Part shown: positions 1-9,723 of the stretch, piece after piece | Layout of the letters: each line of letters starts with the position of its first letter | Numbering within the stretch: position 1 is the stretch's first letter | The notes under the pieces: model-generated | Seen by the model: the letters and a program-made list of their open reading frames with translations, nothing else | Databases searched by the model: none | Told to the model about the DNA's origin: nothing | Source: Nitrosopumilus sp. | GTDB lineage: Archaea; Thermoproteota; Nitrososphaeria; Nitrososphaerales; Nitrosopumilaceae | Direction of reading: 5' to 3' | NCBI GenBank assembly: GCA_965197525.1 | Contig: OZ240211.1 | Coordinates: 1,152,001-1,216,000 of the forward strand | Length of the DNA stretch: 64,000 nucleotides | Made by a program: the position numbers and the translations under genes

Positions 1-177
1 GGTCTTGAATATTGCAATGTATTCTGTGGCATTCTCCATCTTGCCATCCCAAGTATACAATGAAGAGATCTTGGAGATGTTAACACATGCTATTACCCTG
101 TCTGCCAAGAGTCTCTTTGCAATGGCGGTAACAGACCTTTTGCTAGGATAAGTAGAGATTATCATTACTGGTTTCAT
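1..177 (-). CDS. cutA: Divalent-cation tolerance protein CutA (3' part outside the window)
   Basis: Not in the ORF track. Manual translation from ATG at 177: MKPVMIISTYPSKRSVTAIAKRLLADRVIACVNISKISSLYTWDGKMENATEYIAIFKT, with the CutA ACVN...SLYxWxG..E motif. Runs off the window edge. Confidence 0.9.
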   Translation of the reverse strand, partial: MKPVMIISTYPSKRSVTAIAKRLLADRVIACVNISKISSLYTWDGKMENATEYIAIFKT

Positions 178-408
178 GTGTGTTATAGAATAGAGGATAT
201 TTTAAATGATCTTGTGTGTGTTCGTCTGGTAATAATCTGTAACAGTTTGTTTCTTTATATTGTGTTTAACAATAACTGTAAAACAGATCTCAGATGCTCC
301 GCTATGCTACTGTACTATTCATGATGGTGATATGTACCATGAATGTTGATGATGCGTTTGTTGCAGGTACATATGATCACATCTAACAAACTAGTGAGCA
401 AAAGATCA

Positions 409-1197
409 TTATTTTGCCATTTCTGTAATCACTCGTGAAATCTCATCTTGGTCAATACCTATTATATTGGAAACGGAACTGTAATCCGGACCTGTAAATT
501 TGGAAACTGTTAACAAGATTTTTTTGGAACCGCATATTTTCTGAACACGTTGTTTTAAATCTAGAAATTTTATACCAGAATACCACATAAGAGAATAGAT
601 ATCAGCAATATCCTTAATCCGCTTGTCTTCTTTGTTCCTGTTTAGAACAGAATTTATCTTCATCGAAACTAGTATTTCTGGGCGTGGAAGCATCACCTCT
701 TTTCCAAAGTATCCTGATAGAACAAATTGATTATCTGAAAAAACATTGGCAAGCAGGGGCTCATCAATTGGACTTAATCCGAATAGTATTTTTGCTCTTG
801 GATGTATTTTGTCAACGACTGGGTCGACAAACAGATCAAACATATCATATTTGGGACGTTTTTTGGATTCTTCTTCTGTTAAAAGCTGTCTAGTTTTAAG
901 ATCGTGGTGTTGCACAAAGCGTGATCCTATTCCATAATATTTCATATCTTTTAGAATCTCAATTGATTTGGAAAATGCCGATTTTTGTAATTGCTCATCA
1001 GACCAGGTATCATCCATGTGAAAGCCAAGATCTATATCTCTTGAACCAATGTAATCTCTTCTTTGTTCAGCTTTGAATCTTTGATTTACGGTAATGTAAA
1101 CTGCCCATCCACCCATCAAACATGCAGGTTCTTTGACGTTTGAAATAACAGTCGACATGTTTGATTTTGAAATTTCTACCTCATCTTCTGTGTACAA
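409..1197 (-). CDS. AbiEii/DUF1814-like nucleotidyltransferase (type IV TA toxin-like)
   Basis: 262 aa. Motifs GGWAV, GSRDIDL (NTase DxD) and C-terminal KxxxxxxR...RIKDIADI. Overlaps the upstream HTH gene by 17 bp. Confidence 0.7.
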   Translation of the reverse strand: MYTEDEVEISKSNMSTVISNVKEPACLMGGWAVYITVNQRFKAEQRRDYIGSRDIDLGFHMDDTWSDEQLQKSAFSKSIEILKDMKYYGIGSRFVQHHDLKTRQLLTEEESKKRPKYDMFDLFVDPVVDKIHPRAKILFGLSPIDEPLLANVFSDNQFVLSGYFGKEVMLPRPEILVSMKINSVLNRNKEDKRIKDIADIYSLMWYSGIKFLDLKQRVQKICGSKKILLTVSKFTGPDYSSVSNIIGIDQDEISRVITEMAK

Positions 1198-1792
1198 ATT
1201 GTTCTTCCGCCTTTTCTATTAGCATCTCTGATGCCTCTGCGCACGGTCCTCCCTCCATTAACAGATCCATTACTAGTTGTGGAATAGATACCGTCTTGAA
1301 TTCTTCTTTTTCTGCCAAGTTGTAAAAAACATGAGGATCCCCAATTAACACTCTGGTATTTCCTTTTCCTACAAGACCTTCATATGACAGAATGTTGTGC
1401 CATTTTACTTTGTCTTGTGGATCAATGTAAAAATCCACTCGGGATGGAAACAGATACTTTTGTGTCAGATTTTCTGCTACATATGTGGTAAGTGCATATT
1501 TTAGCTTTGAAGATTTGAGAAGCTCGAGAGGATTTTGTATCATGTATTCTTTCTTATCTGGAGCTATCCGGAGCGTTCTCCAAAGGGAGACTAGTTCTCT
1601 GTAGTTTATCACTCTGGTTTTTGTTATCAAATCGCGGTCTTCTAAGCGTTTAAGAAAATCATGAGTCCAAGAGTATGCTGCGTCTGCTAATTTTGCCACT
1701 CTGTATTTTGTAAGGTTGCCGCCGGGATTATCAAGCAATATTCTGATTATTCTCTCTTTTACAAATCCTCTCTTTTTAGGCATCTTCGTCAT
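1181..1792 (-). CDS. AbiEi-like winged-helix transcriptional regulator/antitoxin
   Basis: 203 aa. N-terminal HTH (LTKYRVAKLADAAYSWTHDFLKRL); C-terminal AbiEi-like VSIPQLVMDLL. Directly upstream of the NTase. Confidence 0.65.
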   Translation of the reverse strand: MTKMPKKRGFVKERIIRILLDNPGGNLTKYRVAKLADAAYSWTHDFLKRLEDRDLITKTRVINYRELVSLWRTLRIAPDKKEYMIQNPLELLKSSKLKYALTTYVAENLTQKYLFPSRVDFYIDPQDKVKWHNILSYEGLVGKGNTRVLIGDPHVFYNLAEKEEFKTVSIPQLVMDLLMEGGPCAEASEMLIEKAEEQFVHRR

Positions 1793-1793
1793 G

Positions 1794-1870
1794 TATATCG
1801 GTACATCTTAAATAATATAAGGATTACCGATATATCGGTAACTGGCTAAGTATTTAAGGCTAACCGATAG
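1794..1870. promoter_or_regulatory. Palindromic operator cluster upstream of the AbiE-like operon
   Basis: Perfect 18-bp palindrome TTACCGATATATCGGTAA at 1824-1841. Half-site TATATCGGTA at 1794-1803 next to the start codon, and TAACCGATA at 1861-1869. TTAAATA box on the minus strand. Confidence 0.7.
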
Positions 1871-1994
1871 TTTAGCATATGTTTGTCGCCAGATATGGAA
1901 ATTTTCTTTTCAGAGGATTCAGATAAATCATCAAAGAATTTTTAGTCATAAAACTGTGTCAAATTTTGCAGGATGTTTCTTATACATGGAATCT

Positions 1995-2166
1995 ACTTGT
2001 ATTTTGTAAAGTTGGCATCAGGATGATTCTCAAACGATACTCTGACTATTTTCTCTTACAAGTCCGTTTTTTCAGGTAGCGCCTGCATTACCACACACCA
2101 ATATGTCTCAAGTCCAAATTATCGATATATCGGTAACGAGCAATGTATTTGAGATGAACTGATACC
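1995..2166 (-). pseudogene. Decayed duplicate of the 5' end and promoter of the AbiEi-like gene
   Basis: Minus strand ~2077-1995 reads ..EKIVRVSFENHPDANFTKYK*, versus ERIIRILLDNPGGNLTKYR in the intact gene. A second operator copy TTATCGATATATCGGTAA (17/18 match) lies at 2119-2136 with a similar downstream ~27 bp. Confidence 0.7.
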
Positions 2167-2238
2167 TCTGATTATAGAAGAATTATTCGTTTACAGAAAC
2201 CGATAAATGACCTCTTTTTAAAAAAATAAAGAGTTAGT

Positions 2239-3435
2239 TTGGAACATAATTTTCTTACAGATAATCCGATAATCTACGTCTTGATTGCATGGGTAATAAC
2301 GGTGATTGCAGCCAAGGCGCTAAAGATAGAGAGATACGGTTTTGAGATTAAAGCATACAGTCTGGTATACAAGAATAGAGGAGTAAACACTGCACTAGTC
2401 AGAATGCTAGGCAGAACAAAACGAGGAATCAGGGTGTTTGCAGATACCAGTGTGATTGCAGGTTTTATAATGATGGGTTTTGCCTTTTGGTTTCTGCTAA
2501 ACAACATTGCGAACTTTTTTGTAGCAGAGACAGAGTTTGCAGAATTAACGGTGTTGATTCCGGGTGTAACGCTGACTTCGGCATCATCAATTATGTACTT
2601 TTTGCTGTCAATCCCAATCGTACTGGTTATTCACGAGGGTGCACACGGTATAGTGGCTGCACTAGAGAAGATAAAGATAAAGACGGGGGGCTTTGCGATA
2701 TTTATTGCAATGTTTGCGGGTTTTGTAGAACCTGACGAGGAGGAATTTGATAAAGCAAAAAAGATCTCAAAATTGCGGGTGATTGGAGCTGGCGCAACAT
2801 CAAATGTGCTGTTTGCATTTGCGCTAGGTGCCTTGCTGTTAACAAACCCGATTTTCGCAATAATACTGCCTGAGCCAATCCAAAGTACGTTTTATGACAT
2901 ACCTGACGGAGTGTTGGTACTCTCGATAATAGAGAACTCGGGAGCAGAACAAGCAGGATTGCTTGCAAATGACATCATTACGTCAATTAACGATATACCG
3001 ATTCGGAGTCCTGCGGATTTCCCCGTATTGAATCCGGGTGATGCTGCAAGTGTGGAGGTGATCAGGGATAGCCAAGAGTTGGAGTTTGGAGTGGAGATAA
3101 TGGCAGCACCTGACGACCCTGAGAGAGGGCTGATAGGCATCATGAGGGATAACACGTTTTCATACAAGCCGGTACTCGATTTCATTGAATGGAATGATCC
3201 GAACGTGTCGCTGTTTTTGCTGTGGCTGTGGATGATCTCATTTTTCATCGGAATAATCAACATGCTGCCACTGCCAATCCTGGATGGAGGAAAGTTCATT
3301 TACATCATTATTGAGAAAAAGATTTCAGAAAAGTCAGTAAACATGGTAATGTGGGGAATTTACGCATTTACATTTGTGGTGTTTGGCCTGAATATAGCGC
3401 TGTCGTATATTAAATCCGGATGGTTTACCATCTAG
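2239..3435 (+). CDS. Site-2 protease family (M50) membrane metalloprotease with PDZ domain
   Basis: HEGAH (HExxH) motif, C-terminal NMLPLPILDGG, PDZ-like segment, multiple TM helices. Confidence 0.95.
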   Translation: MEHNFLTDNPIIYVLIAWVITVIAAKALKIERYGFEIKAYSLVYKNRGVNTALVRMLGRTKRGIRVFADTSVIAGFIMMGFAFWFLLNNIANFFVAETEFAELTVLIPGVTLTSASSIMYFLLSIPIVLVIHEGAHGIVAALEKIKIKTGGFAIFIAMFAGFVEPDEEEFDKAKKISKLRVIGAGATSNVLFAFALGALLLTNPIFAIILPEPIQSTFYDIPDGVLVLSIIENSGAEQAGLLANDIITSINDIPIRSPADFPVLNPGDAASVEVIRDSQELEFGVEIMAAPDDPERGLIGIMRDNTFSYKPVLDFIEWNDPNVSLFLLWLWMISFFIGIINMLPLPILDGGKFIYIIIEKKISEKSVNMVMWGIYAFTFVVFGLNIALSYIKSGWFTI

Positions 3436-3549
3436 TAGGTCAATGAGATGCGATTCTTGTTTCATCACTGTGCATCCTTGGTTAATCTGCATCCACAAAA
3501 ACATGTAAGAATGATTATACACTGGTTATAGGTGAACCTGGACAGATAC

Positions 3550-3678
3550 CCATTTTTATTGACTGCAGGCAGGCAAGAGAATATAACATCAGATAAACTA
3601 GAGAAAAAACTTCAAGGGATACAGCAAAAATATCATGAACACGAGAAAAAAAAAGTCAATGGAATCATACCCGAAGAG
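3550..3678 (+). repeat. Direct repeat copy 1, within a possible 55-aa ORF at 3532-3699
   Basis: Aligns with high identity to 7654-7779. Translates PFLLTAGRQENITSDKLEKKLQGIQQKYHEHEKKKVNGIIPEE. Confidence 0.9.
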
Positions 3679-3892
3679 AGTGTGACTGTGAGCATTTAAA
3701 GTACAATTTGTCTAACATGTATACAGTTATTGTTGTATAATGTCATTTTGACTGAAAAATTTGCAAAATCCTGTCTAGTATGGCGTTAGTTATGATCATA
3801 CTGACTTGGTAATTTTGGGTTAGATGTCATGATTTAAACGACAAGATAATGCGAACAGCACAGTTTAACTAGTTTTTTATTTCATTTATCAT

Positions 3893-6800
3893 ATGGAACC
3901 TCAAATCACAGATCCAGTAAAGATCATACGTGATAGAATAAAAGAGTTTGAACCATATGAGATCTTGTCTTATGTTGCACTTTTAGATGCACTGCCTGGA
4001 AATGAGAACAAATTCGTGCGTTTGGAGACACTCTGCAAAGTGATCCTCTCGACTAGACAGAAAAAATTCAAAAATTTGGAATTTGGCAAAGATGACATAG
4101 CACAGTTGCTTGATGATTTGGATTCTTTTCATGATTGGAGTCCTCTTGAGGACGTTATTCCCGTGTCACTACTTGACCATCCCGGCGTCTGGCTTTTGGG
4201 GAGAAGATACCACATATTTACAGGCATCGAATACCGTTTTTCTGACTTTTGGAGGCAGTTGATCTCTGACATGTACCCTGTTCGTAAATCTTTTCATGCC
4301 AAGGGATATGACCCAATCCATATCATTGAGGATATACTGTCCCTTCAGTCAAGACTCGTATCTGTTATTTATGAGCACAAGGATTCAATATCGAAAATTG
4401 GAGATGTGAGCGTCCCGTCACCGGAGCTGTTCGAATCATGGAAACACACCATAAATCAATGGTATCAACAGACACCTCACCAGAGCTTCTATGCCCAACA
4501 CTCAGTATCCCTTGGACGAAAGATGGATCAATCACTTATTACCGAGCCGGACCTTTTAACTCCATCTACATTCTTCTCAGTTGATATAGCCGGCAGAACT
4601 GTTCTGATTTTTCAACGCGGTCTGCTGAATTGTTTGAGTGCTTTGTTTTTAGATGATTTTAAGAGCTTGCACCAACAGAATCCCTCATTACTGTATGATT
4701 CTTCTGATGTATTGTTACGACATTTATCAAAATTATTTCTGTCTGAGAATATTTTACCGCATTTTTCTGTAAATGATTTAGAAGAGGTTGTCGACTTTGC
4801 AACAATTTTTGATAGTAATAAACTGTTTTTGTTCAAGATTATTCATCCTGATTTTGCAGATGATTCAGACGAGCATCTAAAGGAATCAGTCAATAAACTT
4901 AAAAAAATTACTCGCTATGTCCCTATCGGCAAGACAAATTTCAAAACTTTTCAGACATCTGTAGAGGTATCTGAATCCATCCAGTATGAGACCATCTCTA
5001 TTTTATTGGTCAATTCACTTTATGATATGCCCCCGAAGACCGGCCTTAGGATTGATAGTGATACTTTTTTGATCATTCCGTTTCATGATTTTATTGCAAT
5101 CTGTAATGAAATCAAAGATGGAATGAAACTATTAAAATTTCTCAGATATTATCACGGCGCCAACAAGGAATTTTCCCCAGATGCCAGAATGTTAGATGTG
5201 TATACTGCTGTTTTTTGCGATGTTGATTCCTTTTTACCACCTGACTCACTGTTTGGGTATGAATATGTTTGGGATCAATATTATATGCATAAATTAAGAA
5301 CTACACCGAATTTTCAGCCAAGACTAGATGAGGACGAACCTGCAGATTTGTGGGATGCCAATCCCATCTCTGATAAGGTTTTTCAAATGTATGATGCCCA
5401 AGCACACAGGCTGGCCAGTGTTTTTAGGCTAAACGATGACAGAGCTGTTTGGATACTGCCCTCAAACACTGTTTTGGACTATCATCCAAATGAGTTACAC
5501 GCATTTAATCTTTTGATGCAGCTTGTCCCATTTCGTCTTACGTCCAGTAACACCTTTGAGACATTTTTGCAAAAGTGTGGCATGGATTCTGTTAACCAGA
5601 TGCGATTCGTGCTGTATCCTACCTCTTTTATCAAAAGACGGGGATTGCAGGATTATAACAAGTTTCTGCCTTTGGCAAGTAATGATGAAGGCCCGGTATT
5701 TGTGAGAGTAAATCATGTCCCCAATGCTGACAGACCAGTATTTGATATAATATTCTCTTTGAGTCATCTATCAAAATTATCTAAAAGTGACTATCTGAGT
5801 GCAGAAAAGGCTATCATCAGGTCAATACTCTCTGAGATATCAAGACAGTCGTTGCAGTTATCTGTAGATGAGATTGACAAGTTTACAGAAGAGATCTTTG
5901 AAGATGATTCATCTGACTTTAACATTACGCCGATGAATAATCAATCGTTGTTACTATCCACATTGACATCTGCAAACCATCCCAAAATACCAAGTGAGAA
6001 CATGTTTGATATTTATAATCAAATCCAGGAATGTGTCGCAGAACGTGCCATTATTGGGCCACAAAGCACGGAAGACGCCAGATACATTGTAGACGAGGTA
6101 ATTAATCACTTGGAGAGGTCGTTAATCGAAAAATTACACCAGTACTCCCTTGCCGATATTCTGTCATATGCTGTACGTGTTAATAGCACTCTGTATGAAT
6201 CCAGGTATATCACACAATACATATCCAAAGATGACTATGGGTATGAAGAATATAATATCAGTACACGGTACTATGACAAGGATTTGAAACTATCAGAACT
6301 ATCTGCTATGGTAAGGTATATTGCAGAACTTGCCATAAGGATTAATCCGCAGGGTGACTCTTTGCTGTCAGATGAACGGTGGCTTGAGATACAGGCTTAC
6401 TTTGGCGAGCTCGGATCTTATGTATTTGCACGAAATGCCATTGATCTCAAGCCGGATGGTTTTACACTGACAGTCGATCATGACCATACTGCCAGATGGG
6501 ATTCTAGTGACGATGGCATCAATGCTTTAATTGAGTATTCCAAACATTTTGATAATGATGTTCCCGTACTGCCAATAGAATCTACATCCACATTTGATTT
6601 GAATGGTATGTTTGATGATGTAAATCCGTCATTTCTTGATGAATTCGGCGTCTCTTTTGAAGATTTTTTAAAAGTTTTAGAATGTTGTGTGTCATTATCC
6701 CATGATAAATCCAAACACATAGTTATTGTAGACTATACCAGTTTGATCTTAGATATACAGTCAGTATCTGGCATGGATAAAGATGCTGTAACTTGCGGAT

Positions 6801-7543
6801 TGAAGCTGGCGTCACTTGCACACGGAGATTTAGTAGACACTAAGATTTATCCAATCGATATTAAAAATACCAAACTTCGTTCTTTGGTAAAACCGATTCC
6901 GGTATTTCAACGAGGCAAACAAAAGATGTGCGTGCTAAACTCCTTGAGTATTATTATCTCAAAACATCGCTGGTTTGAGGCTATGAGACAGGGGCATCTG
7001 CCATTTTTAATCAGTGGTAGTAGGCAAGAGAATGCAACGTCCGATAAATTGACAATGAAATTACAAGAGATGCAACAAGACGTTATCTCAGAGCATAAAA
7101 GAGAGATTAATGATATAATGAGACAGAAAACGGTTTATTGTCATTCTGATGCTGGCAGTACAAGCAAGGTCTTTTCACAAATTCCTGAGAATATTGTGGG
7201 CGTGATTGACAGCCTATCGATTCATCCTAGCTTAAAACAGGTGATACTAATTGAGGCAAAGCAGTTTTACTGGAATATGTCTTTAGATGAGATTAAAGAT
7301 GAGATGTTAGAGTATACTAGCGATGGTGGCTACATTGAGGTATTATCCCAAAAGATGCAGTATGTAAAAAAATACCTGAGTGCTATTCTCCGATATCACG
7401 GATTAGATTCTGGTGGTGGTGGTAAAGAGGATGAGGAGGATTGGCAGGTCAAGGGTTACTTTGTTACTACAAATGATGCATTTCCAGTTGTGATGCCGCC
7501 TAGAATCAACATTATTAATATTAGCAAGTTGGATGCTATCTAG
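3893..7543 (+). CDS. Large hypothetical protein with a C-terminal PD-(D/E)XK/NERD-like nuclease motif
   Basis: 1216-aa open frame with T-rich composition unlike the neighbouring core genes. C-terminal VGVIDSLSIHPSLKQVILIEAK fits D-x(n)-E-x-K. The rest is unrecognised. Confidence 0.6.
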   Translation: MEPQITDPVKIIRDRIKEFEPYEILSYVALLDALPGNENKFVRLETLCKVILSTRQKKFKNLEFGKDDIAQLLDDLDSFHDWSPLEDVIPVSLLDHPGVWLLGRRYHIFTGIEYRFSDFWRQLISDMYPVRKSFHAKGYDPIHIIEDILSLQSRLVSVIYEHKDSISKIGDVSVPSPELFESWKHTINQWYQQTPHQSFYAQHSVSLGRKMDQSLITEPDLLTPSTFFSVDIAGRTVLIFQRGLLNCLSALFLDDFKSLHQQNPSLLYDSSDVLLRHLSKLFLSENILPHFSVNDLEEVVDFATIFDSNKLFLFKIIHPDFADDSDEHLKESVNKLKKITRYVPIGKTNFKTFQTSVEVSESIQYETISILLVNSLYDMPPKTGLRIDSDTFLIIPFHDFIAICNEIKDGMKLLKFLRYYHGANKEFSPDARMLDVYTAVFCDVDSFLPPDSLFGYEYVWDQYYMHKLRTTPNFQPRLDEDEPADLWDANPISDKVFQMYDAQAHRLASVFRLNDDRAVWILPSNTVLDYHPNELHAFNLLMQLVPFRLTSSNTFETFLQKCGMDSVNQMRFVLYPTSFIKRRGLQDYNKFLPLASNDEGPVFVRVNHVPNADRPVFDIIFSLSHLSKLSKSDYLSAEKAIIRSILSEISRQSLQLSVDEIDKFTEEIFEDDSSDFNITPMNNQSLLLSTLTSANHPKIPSENMFDIYNQIQECVAERAIIGPQSTEDARYIVDEVINHLERSLIEKLHQYSLADILSYAVRVNSTLYESRYITQYISKDDYGYEEYNISTRYYDKDLKLSELSAMVRYIAELAIRINPQGDSLLSDERWLEIQAYFGELGSYVFARNAIDLKPDGFTLTVDHDHTARWDSSDDGINALIEYSKHFDNDVPVLPIESTSTFDLNGMFDDVNPSFLDEFGVSFEDFLKVLECCVSLSHDKSKHIVIVDYTSLILDIQSVSGMDKDAVTCGLKLASLAHGDLVDTKIYPIDIKNTKLRSLVKPIPVFQRGKQKMCVLNSLSIIISKHRWFEAMRQGHLPFLISGSRQENATSDKLTMKLQEMQQDVISEHKREINDIMRQKTVYCHSDAGSTSKVFSQIPENIVGVIDSLSIHPSLKQVILIEAKQFYWNMSLDEIKDEMLEYTSDGGYIEVLSQKMQYVKKYLSAILRYHGLDSGGGGKEDEEDWQVKGYFVTTNDAFPVVMPPRINIINISKLDAI

Positions 7544-7653
7544 AGTCGTTTCAAAATTAAACTAATAATTTAATGTCAAGTTTTGAGTTAAAAAGTGCTG
7601 TTTAGAGTATTTCAAAACGCCGCTGGCAGAATGATTTGATCAGAGGCAATCTA

Positions 7654-7779
7654 CCATTTTTATTGACTGCCGGCAAGCAAGAGAATACAACATCAGATAA
7701 ACTAGAGAAGAAACTTCAAGGGATACAACAAAAATATCATGAACATGAAAAATAAGTCAATGAGATAATGCCTGAAGAG
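7654..7779 (+). repeat. Direct repeat copy 2 (pseudogene-like fragment, 7609-7803)
   Basis: Translates SISKRRWQNDLIRGNLPFLLTAGKQENTTSDKLEKKLQGIQQKYHEHEK*VNEIMPEE. Homologous to copy 1 and to 6958-7120 inside the 1216-aa gene. Confidence 0.9.
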
Positions 7780-7973
7780 CTTGATTCTGGTCGTGTTGCC
7801 TAGAATCTCAGATCTAAAATATTTTGTCACTTGTCATGTGAGATGATAGTATGCCTTGTTTGTTGATCCATACTGTTGCTAGTGTGAGAGATTGGGATCA
7901 AAACCATCAGATAACAGAAAACCTCAAACATGGTACCTAAAGAATCATTAATGGAAAAAAACTGCATCATGGT

Positions 7974-8954
7974 ATGAAATGTCATAGATGCAGCAGTCAA
8001 GCAGCAGTATACACTAGGAAATACTCTGGGGAGTCATTGTGTTCTGCATGCTTTACAAAATCCATTGCAAAAAAGACTGCAAAGACCATATCAAAGTACA
8101 ACATGATAAAACACGATGACTTGGTTGCAGTTGCAGTTTCTGGAGGTAAGGACTCGCTGGTGCTGTTAACAGTGATCAACGAGATGGCAAAGAACCATCA
8201 CTTTGACATTATGGCAATTACGATTGACGAAGGTATACCGGGATACAGAGACGAAGCATTACACATAGTAGAAGAGTTTTGCAAGAAACTGAATGTAAAA
8301 CACAAGGTGTATTCATACAAGGACCTCTTTGAGATGACGCTAGATGAGGCATTAGACATCAGAGACGGACAGAAAAATACCATCACTATAAACGCAAAAG
8401 ACGGCGCAAGTGTATCTCCTCTGGCTAGAACGAGTACCACATCGTCCTGTTCCATATGCGGAACACTAAGACGGCGCGCAATAGACCATGCAGCAAGAGA
8501 CAACAATGCAAACGTCATTGCAACGGGACATAATCTAGATGATACGCTACAGACATTTGTAATTAATATGCTCTCAGGTGATACCACAAAGATAGGATGG
8601 ATGGACCCTGACACGTCTGCAAACACGATTAGAAAGATAAAGCCGTTCTGCGAGATATACGAGTCAGAGATTGTATTTTACGCATTTACAAACGACATAC
8701 CGTTCCAGTCAGAACCGTGTCCCCACATGAACGAGGGGATTAGGACTGAGATTCGTGAATTTCTAAATTCATTAGAGACAAAGCATACAGGAATAAAGAA
8801 CAGCTTTTATCAATCAGTGCTAAAGGTATCTGACTCTGTAAAAAAGGACAATAAAGATATAAAAACAAAGAGAAGATGCCAGAACTGCGGCAGCGAGTCC
8901 ACAGGCAAAACGTGCTCTGTATGCAACACGCTACTACAACTAAAAAAGAACTAA
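7974..8954 (+). CDS. tRNA 2-thiolation PP-loop ATPase (NcsA/Ctu1/TtuA, TIGR00269-like)
   Basis: N-terminal CxxC...CxxC, PP-loop SGGKDS, CSICGTLRR, TGHNLDD, C-terminal zinc finger. Confidence 0.92.
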   Translation: MKCHRCSSQAAVYTRKYSGESLCSACFTKSIAKKTAKTISKYNMIKHDDLVAVAVSGGKDSLVLLTVINEMAKNHHFDIMAITIDEGIPGYRDEALHIVEEFCKKLNVKHKVYSYKDLFEMTLDEALDIRDGQKNTITINAKDGASVSPLARTSTTSSCSICGTLRRRAIDHAARDNNANVIATGHNLDDTLQTFVINMLSGDTTKIGWMDPDTSANTIRKIKPFCEIYESEIVFYAFTNDIPFQSEPCPHMNEGIRTEIREFLNSLETKHTGIKNSFYQSVLKVSDSVKKDNKDIKTKRRCQNCGSESTGKTCSVCNTLLQLKKN

Positions 8955-9004
8955 AACCTAATGCAAATATAACAGATTTTTTCTACATACTATGGTAGTA
9001 GGTA

Positions 9005-9298
9005 GGATCAGGGTGCCAGCCGTGCCCTATTCTGAAACCGGCTATATGCAGAGATCAGCAACTGTTGGGTAAATCTCTAGATTGGTAATTCCCGCTTGGT
9101 GTGCGGAAATGAAATCACGCCGAGGCGGGTGGTTGCAAATCAAGAAATATCCGAAGGGATAGCTTCTAAGATTGAACCATTGAAAGTGATGAGGTCCGGG
9201 AGGGAGCAGTCATAAGGTGGGGCATCCACGCTTCCTCGTCTACGTGGCGGATCTTGTATGCCTTGAAAAGGGGCTATCAGCCTAGAGTGGAGCCAATG
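9005..9298 (+). ncRNA. ffs: Archaeal signal recognition particle (7S) RNA; ends approximate
   Basis: ~300-nt GC-richer intergenic stretch. Helix 6 TATCC-GAAG-GGATA at 9148-9161 and helix 8 signature GAGGTCC-GGGA-GGGAGCAG at ~9191-9209. Confidence 0.85.
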
Positions 9299-9396
9299 GA
9301 ACTACTACTATATCATATCATCTGTTTATTGTTATTATTATTGCTGTTGTTGTTGTTTGTATTACTATTTTTATAGACTATACCATAACAACATAC

Positions 9397-9723
9397 ATGA
9401 TAATCGCATCCTCGTCGGGAAACATGAGAACGTATCAAGATTTTAAAAGACATATTCCTAATGCGGTAAAACCACTGTTTGAGGATATACGGGACTATTG
9501 TCTTGCACTTGATGACAAGGTAGTCGAGAATGTCAGAATGCACAGAATCGTATTTTGCAAATCAATTACATTCAGATGGTTTCTAGATGTAGAACCGCAG
9601 CCAGACTGTGTCATCTTGAAGATTCAAAGGGACAGAAAAGAACCGATACAGACTGTCAGTATCAACAAGACGACACCAGACGTATTGCGCCAGATAAAAC
9701 AGGCGTTTAACTCTATACACTAG
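9397..9723 (+). CDS. Conserved hypothetical protein (DUF5655-like); start may be the Met at 9424
   Basis: 108-aa ORF in a gap between genes. The LFEDIRDYCLALDDKVVE...IVF pattern resembles DUF5655. Confidence 0.55.
   Translation: MIIASSSGNMRTYQDFKRHIPNAVKPLFEDIRDYCLALDDKVVENVRMHRIVFCKSITFRWFLDVEPQPDCVILKIQRDRKEPIQTVSINKTTPDVLRQIKQAFNSIH

Noticed and set aside
9005-9298. RNase P RNA
   Set aside because: The GAGGAAAGUCC-type P4 consensus is absent; the helix 6 and helix 8 signatures fit SRP RNA instead.
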